DNA of 64,000 bases from Heterodontus francisci (Eukaryota): the NCBI RefSeq assembly GCF_036365525.1, contig NC_090376.1, forward strand, positions 59,050,559-59,114,558. Direction: 5' to 3'. The notes beneath the pieces are model-generated. The model was not told the origin of the DNA. It ran no database searches and was given only the letters and a program-made list of their open reading frames with translations. Both the position numbers and the translations under genes were made by a program. Below are positions 12,394 to 22,700 of this stretch, one piece after another (the first letter of the stretch is position 1; each line of letters starts with the position of its first letter).

Positions 12394-14537
12394 CTCAAAT
12401 GTTGCGTGGATGCCGTTTGTGTTGCAGTGGAGGCTGGGACATCAATCATCAGATGCTGTATCATGGTTGGGTCTACAAGGGTGGTCTTAGAGTTAGCCAC
12501 CACTTCCATGTTGCAAAGCGTGGGCTCCAAGCTCTGCGCAAAGACCTGTGCCATGTTGTGCCAGACATCTTTGAGCTCCTTGACATTGAATGCAAGCTTT
12601 CTGGCATGCTTTTCAATGCACCAATCATTTTGTTGCATTTGTCCTTCAGGCTTTTCTGTAGTCTACCCCATTGAAGTGCTCATCTGTGACCTCTGCAGCA
12701 GAACTTGTGTGCAGCCTCACCCTCCGGTGAGCTGGCACCTATGTTATTCTTGCCCCCTGCCCTGGCTGCAGCACACTCATGCCTGGTGTCTTACCACATG
12801 CATATCCCACCTCAATGCTATTCTCTAAGATTTGAGCAGTGTCATTATCTGAACAGGAGTGGCTGCATGAGTGAAATCAAGTGACTGTGCTGTGTCCTCA
12901 TCATTACCATCTTCTTGGTGTTCCTCACAGCAGGCCATGTTTGCAATTCTTGGGTATCTGAAAGGTAAAAGACACAAGGATAAGGCTGTGCTGAGGGGAG
13001 GAGGAGGAGGGTGAAGTAAGAAGTGCATGCTTACACCATCTACAGCTGGTAAGTCAGAAGAGATTGTGGGATGAGGAAGAAATGGGATGTGGGAAAGAGG
13101 TTCATGTATGAGGATATTGACATCTTCAGTGGTATCAGCCCCACTGCTGACTGTGGTCTCAGCAATGGCTGTTCCAATACTGTCTTCCCCATGGGGGATG
13201 GTACATGCAGTGCCCTGCCCCTATTGTGCACCAGCTTCTCCTGCAAGGCAGAGGGAAGTGTGTTAGTGAATGTGGTAGAATCTATTTGGGTGATGTGGCT
13301 GTCATGATTGTATACCTAGCAGTATGTGAAAGCTGTGAGATGTAAGTTTGAGGTTTGCAGCAGTGCTATGTGTCTGAGAGTGGAATAGAACATATAAATG
13401 TTAGGCATGAGTCCCTTTTGATAGAGATTGTTGGTAGGTGAATGATGGGGCTGGGGTGGATTGACGAGTGTCTGAGGCTAGTGGTGCAGTTGGTAGGATA
13501 TGGCATTTGAAGATGCATTCACTGACCTTGACCAATCATGTGAGGTCATTGAACTTTTTATGCCACTACATCCAAGTCCTCAGTCTAAACTCCTGGCATT
13601 GACCTCCATGGCTTTCTGTTCCGAATGCCTTTTGATCATGTGTCTTGAAGGTCTCCTGGCCCCTGTGGGCACAAGGCATCCACAACTTTCCACTTCCTCC
13701 GCCAAGGCTTCCAGTGCAGTTTCAGAAATCCTTGAAGCTTGCTCTCTTACATGTTGTGCCATTCTTCACTATTTCCCAGATCAAATTCACTTCCTGCAGG
13801 ACTCTGTGTACTTGCTCCAGCCAGTATGCACGTCCACTTTAAGAGGTGTAGGCTAGCTTTAAAAAGTTCAGCAAGCTATGGCATTGGACCCTCTGCTGAT
13901 ACATGCAGCTAATGAACTACACAGCTAGCGCCGCCTGCATGCAGAAATCATGTTATTGAGCAGGCAGCACAAAGTAAGTGTACTGCCTGCATTTCAAACA
14001 ATGGATGCAAGTTATTTGTGCATCACGATCCCCCACACCTGTTTTTGCAGACTATCTAATTTAGCCTCCATAGATTTGTACTAGAGATCTAGCATTTTTA
14101 CTGCAATGAATCAGATTTCTTTCATGTTCACAGCAGTGTTTTCTGTGAGTATTCCATGCATAGATACTGACTTTATTTCTCACATTGTGCCTATGATTTG
14201 AACAGAGGACAGTGAGATGCAGTGTTTCATTGTTTTGACACAGTCAGAAAGAAGGCAACTCCTTACAGGATGTTAATTAAGAATGATTAGGAATCCAATT
14301 TGGAAAACTAATACTGTTTTCAAGCAGAGTTGACATGATTAGGCAGAGCTGGAAGAAAGTTTAGTCTTAGGTTAGACATTGTCTTAGGTGAGCTCGTCAA
14401 CTTCTTGCAAGCAAGAACTTTTTGTTCCCAGTGTAACCAAGTAAATAGGTGCAACAATATTTTACTTGGGTTATCCTTCATTCATAGTTTCAGTGTGTTG
14501 TATGTATCAGGACATTTTGTGAGTTTGGACTAAGAAT

Positions 14538-15865
14538 ACAACAAGAAGTTATATTTATATAGTACCTTTAACGTAACTAAACATCTCAAGATGTTTCATA
14601 AGAGCATTATAAAACAAAACATGACACTGAGCCACATAAGGCGATATTAGGTCAGATGACCAAAAGCTTGGTCAAAGAGATACGTTTTAAGGAGTGTCTT
14701 TAAGGAGGAAAGCAAGGTATAGAGAGCGGAGTGGTGTAGGAAGAGTATTCCAGAGCTTAAAGCTTAGGCAACTGAAGGTATGGCTGCCAATGGTGGACCA
14801 ATTAAAATTGGGGATGCACAAGAGGCCAGGATTAGATGAGGACCAATATCTCAGAGGGTTGTGGGGCTGGTGGCGATTACAGAGATAGGAAGAGGTCATG
14901 GAGGGATTTGAAAACAAAAATGTGAATTTTAAAATCAAGGCGTTGCTTGACTGGGAGCCAGTGTAGGTCAGCGAGCAGAGGGGTGATAGGTGAACAGGAC
15001 TCGGTGCGATTTAACACATTGGGCGGCACAGTGGCGCAGTGGTTAGCACCGCAGCCTCACAGCTCCAGCGACCCGGGTTCAATTCTGGGTACTGCCTGTG
15101 TGGAGTTTGCAAGTTCTCCCTGTGTCTGCGTGGGTTTCCTCCGGGTGCTCCAGTTTCCTCCCACATGCCAAAGACTTGCAGGTTGATAGGTTAATTGGCC
15201 ATTATAAATTGCCCCTAGTATAGGTAGGTGGTAGGGGAATATAGGGACAGGTGGGGATGTGGTTGGAATATGGGATTAGTGTAGGATTAGTATAAATGGG
15301 TGGTTAATGGTCGGCACAGACTCAGTGGGACGAAGGGCCTGTTTCAGTGCTGTATCTCTAAACTAAACTAAACATGGGCAGCAGAATTTTGGATGACCTC
15401 AAGTTTGCAGAGAGTAGAATGTGGGAGACCAGTCAGAAGTGCATTGGAATAGTTAAGTCCAGAGGTAACAAAGGCATGAATGAGAGTCTCAGCAGCAGAT
15501 GAGCTGAGACAGGGCGAGGTCAGGTGACGTTACGCAGGTAGAAATAGACGATCTTAGTGATGGCACGAATATGTGGTCAGAATCACACCTCAGAGTCAAA
15601 TATGACACCAAGGTTGTGAACAAAACTGGTTTAATCTCAGACTGTTGGCAGGGAGAGGGCTGGAGTCAGTAGCCAGAGAACGGAGTTTGGTTTGGGGACT
15701 GAAAACAATGGTTTCAGTCTGCCCGCTATTTAATTGGAGGAGGTTTCTGCTCATCTAGTGCTGGATGTCAGAGAAACGTCTGATAATTTAGCAACAGTGG
15801 GGGAGTCGAGAAAGATTAGTAGTGAGGTAGAGCTAGGTGTCGTCAGCGTATATGTGAAAACTAAC
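14538..15865 (-). mobile_element. L2 LINE 3' fragment, interrupted by an HE1 SINE
   Basis: L2-type 3' tail (ttatatttatatagtacctttaac on +) and C-terminal motifs ILKF..L and FS...KLWNTLP. Confidence 0.75.
15021..15373 (+). mobile_element. HE1-type tRNA-derived V-SINE, full length
   Basis: A box TGGCGCAGTGG, B box GGTTCAATTC, V-domain GGGTTTCCTCCGGGTGCTCC.GTTTCCTCCCACA, a CR1-like tail and a (TAAAC)n end. Confidence 0.92.
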
Positions 15866-15952
15866 GCTGGCCTTTCGAATGAAAATATATTTACAATAAG
15901 CATGTTTTCTGGGTTAAAGAGAGTAGGGATAATGGGCAGTTTTAAAAATATT

Positions 15953-17320
15953 TATTCGTTCATGGGATGTGTCACTGGCAAGGCCAGCATTTATTCCCCA
16001 TCCCTAATTGCCCTTGAGGAGCTGGTGGTGAGCAGTCTTCCTGAACTGCTGCAGTCCATGTAGTGTAGGTACACCCATAGTGCTTTTAAGGAGGGAGTTC
16101 CTGAATTTTGACTCAGTGACAATAGAGGAACAGTGATATAGTTCCAAGTCAAGATGGTGATTGACTTGGAGGGGAGCTTGCAGGTGGTGGTGTTCCTATG
16201 CGTCTGCTTCCCTTGTCTTTCTAGGTGGTAGAGGTTCTGGGTTTGGAAACTTCTGTTGAAGGAGGCGTGGTGAGTTGCTGCAGTGCAACTTGTAGGTGGT
16301 ACACACTGCTGCCACTGTGCATCAGTGGTGGAGGGAGTGAATGTTTAGGGTGGTGGATGAAGTGCCCATCAAGTGGGCTGCTTTGTACTGGATGCTGTTG
16401 AGTATTGTTGGAGTTGCACTCATCTAGGAAAGTGGAGAGTATTCCACCTCACTTCTGACTTTTGCCTTGTAGATAGTGGACAGGCTTTAAGGAGTCAGGA
16501 GTAGAGTTCCTAGCCTCTAACCTACTCTTGTAGCTACAGTATCTATATGGCTGGTCCAGTTAAATTTCTGGTCAATGGTAACACCCAGGATGTTGATGGT
16601 AGGAGATTCAATGATGGTAATGTTGTTGAATGTCCAATGGAGATGGATAGTTTGCTGGGCACTTGTGTGGCACAAATGTTACTTGCCACTTATCTGTCCA
16701 AGCCTGAATGTTGTCCAGGCCTGGCTCCATGGACTGCTTCAGTATCTGAGTAGTTGGCTGGGAACTGGCATCTATGATGCTGGGGATCTCAGGAAGAGGC
16801 CGAGATGGATCATCCACTCGACACTTCTGGCTGAAGTTGGGTGCAAATACTTCAGCCTTGTCTTTTTCACGGATGTGCTGGACTCCCCCATCATTAAGGA
16901 TGGAGATGTTTGTGGAGCCTCCTTCTCCAGTTAGTTGTTTTATTGACCACCACCATTCACGACTGGATGTGGCAGAACTGCAGAGTTTAGATTTGATCCG
17001 TTGGTGTGGGATTAGCTCTGTCTATGATACGCTGCTTCCGCTGTTAGCATGTATGTAGTCCTGTGTTGTAACTTCACCAGGTTGGCACTGCATTTTTTTG
17101 ATATGCCGGTTGCTACTCCTGACATGCTGTCTTACACTCCTCATTGAATCATTGAATACTTCCTCGTAATGGTAGAGTGGGGGAAATGCCAGGCCATGAG
17201 GTTACAGATTGTGGTTGAATAGAATTCTGCTGCTGCTGATGGTCCACGCGCTTCATGGATGCCCAGTTTTGAGCTGCTAGATCTGTTCAAAATCTATCCC
17301 ATGTAGAATGGTAGTAGTGT
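15953..17320 (-). mobile_element. CR1/L2-group LINE 3' fragment (family also at 19045, 47458, 55188)
   Basis: Tail ttcatgggatgt...ggccagcatttatt on + and RT motif LDNIQAWTDKWQVTF.PHKC. Internal deletion present. Confidence 0.8.
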
Positions 17321-17321
17321 T

Positions 17322-18297
17322 CTAATTGCTAGAATGTGACTAGTGGTGTTCCGCACATATCTGTGTTGAGGCCTCAACGATTGAACATATTTATTAATGA
17401 CTTAGATGATAGCATAGATAGTGACATATTCAAATTTGCTGATGAACAAAGATAGGTGGCATTGCAAGCAGTGTAGACAGAAATGTAAAATTACAGAGAT
17501 ATTAATAGATGAAGTGAATGGGAAAAACTGTGGAAATTGGAGTTCAATGTAGGCAAATGTGAGGTCATCCACATTAGACCTAAAAAGAATAGAACAGGGT
17601 ACTTTCTAAATAGTGAGAAGTTAGAAACAGTAATGGTCTAAAGAGACTTGGGGCTCAGGTAAACAGATCATTAAAATGTCATGACAGGTACAGAAAATAA
17701 TCAAAAAGACTAATGGATTGCTCACTTTTATACCTTAAAGATGAGTATACAAGGGGATAGAAGATATGCTTCAGCTACACAAAGCCCTGGTTATACTACA
17801 TCTGGAGTACTGTGAGTAGTCCTGGGCACCACACCTTAGCTAGGAAATATTGGCCTTGGAGGGAGTGCAATGTAGATTTGCCAGAATACCTGGACTTCAA
17901 GGGTTAAATTACAAGGTGAAATTACCCAACCTAGGATTATATTCCCTGGAATTTACGAGATTAAGGGGCGAGTTGATCTAAGTTTTCAAGATATTAAGAG
18001 GAACAGAAAGGGTAGATAGAGCGAACCAATTTCAGCTTGTTGGGGAATCTAGGAATAGGGAGTATAGTTTCAGGAGTGAAATTAGGTAGAATGTGGTACA
18101 AATTTGGAACTCTCTTCCAAAATGGCAATCAATACTGAATCAATTTTTAATTTTAAATCTGAGATTGATAGATTTTTGTGAGCCAAAGGTATTAAGGAAT
18201 ATGAGTCAAAGGTGGAATTAGATCACAGCTGAGCCATGATCTCATCAAATGGTGCAACAGGCTCAATCAGCTAAGTGGCCACATCCTGTTCCTATGT
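17322..18297 (+). mobile_element. CR1 LINE RT fragment (decayed)
   Basis: Decayed SGVP.GSVL, KFADD, FNVGKCEVIH and HLEYC..FWAP motifs on +. Confidence 0.85.
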
Positions 18298-18751
18298 ACT
18301 TTAGCTCCACTACTGCTGTTCAGTTCTCTTTCTTTCTGTCAAGTAATCATGCTTGTTGATCAGTTTCAGGAATGTGGACATTATGGGAATGTTGAGATTG
18401 TGTTTTATATGATTAAAAAGAATGGAATAATGTCCCAATTTACTACAGCAGGAATAAATTGACTGTAAAAGCTACTCATTTTAAATAGGTTATAGTACCT
18501 GTGTACAAACTGTGCACACTGGAATGTAGTATGAGAGCATTAAGAGATCATGTGTGAAATTTGCTGATCAGAAAGTTCCATAGTATAATTAAACGGTGCT
18601 TCTTTTTTAAAGTGAGGTACATCCAAAATGAATAAGGCTTGTAGTTGGTGTATTTTTTTCCTTCAGTTATATTGGCTCACAAATTATGGGAATTAAAGCA
18701 CCTGTTATACAGCACTGCCCAGTTCAATATCACTTACATTATGAGTAGTAC

Positions 18752-18853
18752 AGCAGAGAGAAGGGTCACTGACCTGAAACGTTAACTTTGCTTCTCTCTC
18801 CAAAAATGCTGCCAGACCTACTGAGTATTTCCAGCATTTCTTGTTTTGATTTC
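18752..18853 (+). repeat. Fragment of the hammerhead-bearing Penelope-associated short repeat (family also at 30139, 40975, 46296, 54745)
   Basis: gaagggtcactgacctgaaacgttaactttgcttctctctcca...tgctgccagacct matches the 30139-30363 element. Confidence 0.75.
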
Positions 18854-19044
18854 AAAAGGAAATTGCATGGACACTTGAGACAAATAAACTTACAGGGCTG
18901 CAGGGATAAAGCCGGGGAATAGGACTGATTGGATTACTCTGCAGACAGCTGGCATGGACTTGATGGGCTGAATGACCTCCTTCTGTGCCATTATGAACTA
19001 TGACAAGATCAGGTCAGTGTCTAGAAATTCTGCAGCATGTTTCT

Positions 19045-19583
19045 CCGGACTCCCCAAAGCCTGTCCACCATCAACAAAGCACAAGTCAGGAGTGTGATGG
19101 AATACTCTCCACTTGCCTGGATGGGTGCAGCTCTAACAAGACTCAAGAAGCTCAACACCATCCAGGACTAAGTAGCCCGCTTGATTGGCACCCCATTCAC
19201 CACCTTAAACATTCACTCCCTTCACCAAGGATGCACAGTGGCAGCAGTGTGTACCATCTACAAGATGCACTGAAGCAACGCACCAAGGCTCCTTTGACAG
19301 CACCTTCCAAACCCATCGACCTCCACCACCAAGAAGGAGAAGGGCAGCAGCTGCGAGTTCCCCTCCAAGTCACACATTATCCTGACTTGGAACTATATCA
19401 CTGTTCCTTCACGGTCACTGGGTCAAAATCCTGCAACTCCATCCTTAACAACACTGTGGGAATATCTTCACCACAGGGACTGCAGCAGTTCAAGAAGGCA
19501 GCTCAGTGCCAGCTTCTCAAAGGCAATTTGGGATGAGGAATAAATGCTGGCCTTACCAGTGATGTCCCCATCCCATGGATGAA
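19045..19583 (+). mobile_element. CR1/L2-group LINE 3' fragment
   Basis: PQSLSTI.KAQVRSVMEYSPLAWMGAA..LKKLNTIQD motif and a 3' tail matching the 15953 family. Confidence 0.85.
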
Positions 19584-20111
19584 TATTTTTTTTTGTTTGC
19601 AGTCTCACTGTAGAAAATCTGTTCAAGTCTAGAACCTAAATCTAATCCACAACTTTCTGACAGAGGGAAAAGTGTCAGCAGCTGAGTGAATTGAACACTA
19701 TATGAGTGACAGTCCTCAATTTTCACTTTGGTGCCACATGAAGGCTGTGCAGGGTGAGGAACAAGCTTGTGTGTATGCTGAGGCCCAAAGAGATTTTAGC
19801 GTCCAATTGTCATTTACATATGCAAGAGCATATTCCTGCCTAACCCGGCAGAAATCACTGCCTGGCCAGCAAACAGTACCGGGACTTCGGTCAGCATGGC
19901 TTCCATTACAAGGTAAGTCTATTATTGGAGGGCTTTGAGAGGGGAATCCCCCATCAAGGGAGGGCAGGGATAGCATCAACATGTTGCACCATGGACATTT
20001 GACAAAATTACTGACTCAGCCATGGACATGAGGGCAGTTAATCTATATATAAAGTGTATAGTCAACCTAATGTCATCAAAACACAATCCAAATTAAAACA
20101 CTTTTTCCCTA

Positions 20112-20340
20112 TTTAGTGAGATACCTGGCCTTGTTTTTGCTTGCACAAGTATTCAATGTCTGCCCGCACACTTGATATGGTGATGCAGAGAATTCAGATA
20201 GATGTCCATCTGTCAGGATTTTTCTTGATCTCTTTCTCTCCCCTCTTTCCCTCTCCTTTTTTTGTGAGATACCTGGCCTTGTTTTTGCTTGCACAAGTAG
20301 TCTATGTCTTCCCGCACACTTGATATAGCGATGCGGAGAA
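20112..20340 (-). pseudogene. Two tandem hAT transposase C-terminal remnants
   Basis: LRIAISSVREDIDYLCKQKQGQVSH (20264-20340) and a second copy with ILTDGHLS...CKQKQGQVSH* (20112-20230). These resemble the C-terminus of Charlie/SPIN/GTF2IRD2-type hAT transposases. Confidence 0.7.
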
Positions 20341-21048
20341 CCTTGGGCTCTTTCATGGGCAGCCAAAAATTAAAAAGTAACTTGTAAGCCTCAGAACTCT
20401 GATACAATATCTTCTTATCTAGTCTATGCTTTGAGTTTCCCCTGTGTTTGAGAGGTATTCTAGAATGCTCTCACTAAAAAGACCCAATAGAACACAGAAA
20501 GCCCACTTTATTTCCCCATCTGTCACTTTTGGAAGCATGGGGAGCATAGTTTTCAAGACAGATTTTAACAGGGGTACAGTGCAATGCACGTTTGCTCTAC
20601 ACAGCCTCGCCATTGTCAGCACCATGTTGAAATATGTTTGTGGCCGTGACCTGAACACTGACTGTATCTTATTGACAATGTCAATGGGAAACTTGGCACC
20701 CAGACTAACCACGAGGCTACTTGCTGCCTCCCCATGTTCATTGATCACATGCTCCGAACCGGTCAGGTCCTTCAAAGCTAATTTTATCAGCTTTTTGGCC
20801 AGTGGTTTGCCTAAGTGTTCAATGTTGTCTTGTATTATAAATGTTATAGCCATTAGTAAGGCAGTGTGTTGTTCTGCTGGCAATTTATTTTTGGTAATGT
20901 CCCTACCACAAAATGTAAGTACGATTTGGTGATTGATTCATCCTAGTTTTCGTGGTGACTGAGAGAATCTAAATTTAACAAAGTCATCTTCATCAGAAAG
21001 CAAGTTCATAATCATGCTCAATGAAGATTGCGTTCTGTTAGTCACCAT
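20341..21048 (-). pseudogene. Intronless N-terminal fragment of a maestro heat-like repeat (MROH1/MROH2-family) gene
   Basis: ATG at 21048 (aaaATGG). Translation ..AASSLVVSLG..TMARLCRANVHCTVPLLKSVLKTMLPML..WAFCVLLGLFSESILEYLSN..AYKLLFNFWLPMKEPK aligns by eye with recalled human MROH1 (AASGVLVAVG..VVPFLPSVLSSLLPVL..FSEGALEYLAN..AYDVLFHQWLQSREAK). One in-frame TGA (20938-20940) and a frameshift near 20415. Confidence 0.75.
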
Positions 21049-21524
21049 TTTAGCGGAACTCAAATACTTCTCTCGTCCTTTAATGTGTTTGTTGGCGGTG
21101 AACACACTTTCGGCTCAGAGTTTTTTGCGCCTTGCTGATAGCTATTTACTTTCTCTTTGTTATCAGTTGATTTTCTGAATTTCTTTTCCCTCCAAACTGG
21201 CTGGTAATATTTTAAATCCCCCAAAATAGTTGTTTAATTACCAACTCTTTTTGGAAATACCATGCAAAGCTGTGGTTCTTGAGTTCTTTATAAATTCAGC
21301 TCAGGGCAAATAAAATCTGTTTGAAATGAACGGTTTCAGACAATGTGCCTGAATGATAAATACACAGCACAGAGCTCTCTGAATTTACTCACAGATAATG
21401 ATGAGTATTGGTGGTGTTATGTTGTCTATCTGTTCTTTTGACATTTATGTTTTTTCTCCACCCTAACATGGGCTCTTTCGCTCCTGTGAACGTAAGTTCT
21501 CACACACACAGATGTCAGTCTTCA

Positions 21525-21834
21525 GACAGGCAGTGGCACGCCTCGCAGCAGACCACCAACTCAATCCCAAGATCCAACTATGAGATTTTTAACTGCAGCA
21601 GCTTTAATATACGCTATTGTAGCTGGAATTACTGGGGCAACTGGCAGCAGACCTGCCCTCCAATAGATCCTCGTTAAAGGATTTAGTGTACTCATTCTGA
21701 TGACAGGGCCTCGAAAGAGTCCTGTATTGTTATTTTTCATCACTACCTCCCCGAGTCAGGAGTGGGTAATTTGCGCGTCTGCTGCCTTCCTCGGATGTGG
21801 TCGGCGTTTCTCAGGCTCCCTCTATGGAATTGAA
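21525..21834 (-). rRNA. 18S rRNA fragment (decayed dispersed pseudogene, ~310 bp)
   Basis: Reverse complement of conserved 18S segments, e.g. tttaatatacgctattg.agctggaattac, cagggcctcgaaagagtcctgtattgttattttt and ggtaatttgcgcg.ctgctgccttcct, with many substitutions. Confidence 0.93.
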
Positions 21835-22436
21835 TGTTATCATGTATCGCAAGTGGAATTGAATACAAAAGGAGGGAGGTATGCTACAGCTATACAGGGC
21901 ATTGGTGAGACCACATCTGGAGTACTGTGGATAGTACTGGTCTCCTTATTTAAGGAAGGATGTAAATGCATTGGAGGCAGTACAGAGAAGGTTTACTAGA
22001 CTAATACCTGGAATGGGCGGGCTGTCTTATGAGGAAAGATTGGACAGGCTAGGAATTTAGAAGAGTAAGAGGTGACTTGATTGAGGGGTCTTGACAGGGT
22101 GGATGTGGAAAGGATGTTTCCCCTTGTGGAAGAATCTAGAACTAGGGGTCACTGTTTAAAAATAAGGGGTTGCCCATTTAAGACACGTGAGGAGAATTTT
22201 TTTCTTTCAGAGGGTCGTGAGTCTTTGGAATTCTCTTTCTCAAAAGGCAGTGGAAGAAGAGTCCTTGAATATTTTTAAAGCAGAGGGAGTTAGATTCTTG
22301 ATAAGCAAGGAGGTGGAAGGTTATCGGAGGTAGGTGGAAATTTGGAGTAATCAGTTCAGCCATGAACTTATTGAATGGCGGAACAAGCTCGAAGGGCCAA
22401 GTGGCCTACTCCTGCTCCTAATTCAAATGTTTGTAT
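21832..22436 (+). mobile_element. CR1 LINE 3' fragment joined directly to the 18S fragment
   Basis: IASGIEYK, LVRPHLEYC and RGLDRVDVERMFPLVEESRTRGH motifs. Same subfamily tail as 11627. Confidence 0.9.
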
Positions 22437-22700
22437 GTCCCCTCTCTGTGTCCATCTCTCTCCCCTCTTTCTCTCTTCCCCCCCTCTGTGTCCCACTCTC
22501 TCTCTCTCCTCTCTCCCCTCTCTGTGGCTGTCACTCTCCACTCTCTCTCCCTCCCTCTGCTCCCTGGGCTGGGTCTGGTTTAAAGAGCTCCCTGACTCTC
22601 TCTCTCTGTGCTCCCTCAGTACCGCTCTGTCCACGCCTCTGCCTGTGTGCTGGTCCACTTGCTGTTCTCCCCTCAGCCTTTCTCCCCCTCTCCCCCACAG
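22437..22700. repeat. CT-rich low-complexity block
   Basis: Polypyrimidine tract analogous to 6350-6878, followed by a TIR-like end GTTAGATAACCCAG at about 23016-23029. Confidence 0.85.

Larger units (their letters stand above)
10130..14067. mobile_element. Decayed PIF/Harbinger transposon (HARBI1-like 5' remnant on +, Myb/SANT gene on -)
   Basis: 13580-13762(-) MAQHVREQASRISETALEALAEEVES...MEVNARS is a Myb/SANT (Myb_DNA-bind_5-like) N-terminus. 11190-11270(+) RRMGRR...RVFREQ resembles the transposase N-terminus of the other copies. TIRs are degenerate, so the ends are approximate. Confidence 0.65.

Noticed and set aside
12153-12638. 161-aa ORF as a gene
   Set aside because: Chance junction between a Harbinger Myb/SANT exon remnant and a CR1 RT fragment.
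15021-15095. tRNA gene (also 24755, 53849)
   Set aside because: The A and B boxes belong to the tRNA-derived head of HE1 SINEs and continue into the V-domain and LINE tail.
19603-19913. Coding exon between a strong acceptor (T-tract-GCAG) and donor (AAG|GTAAGT)
   Set aside because: Stops occur in all three frames just after the acceptor, the T-tract abuts a LINE tail, and the peptide is unrecognisable. A non-coding exon cannot be excluded.
20341-21048. Intact MROH host exon
   Set aside because: It has an in-frame stop and a frameshift, and is embedded between transposon termini.
21525-21834. Functional rDNA locus
   Set aside because: Only ~310 bp, mutated in universally conserved positions, with no ITS or 28S nearby.
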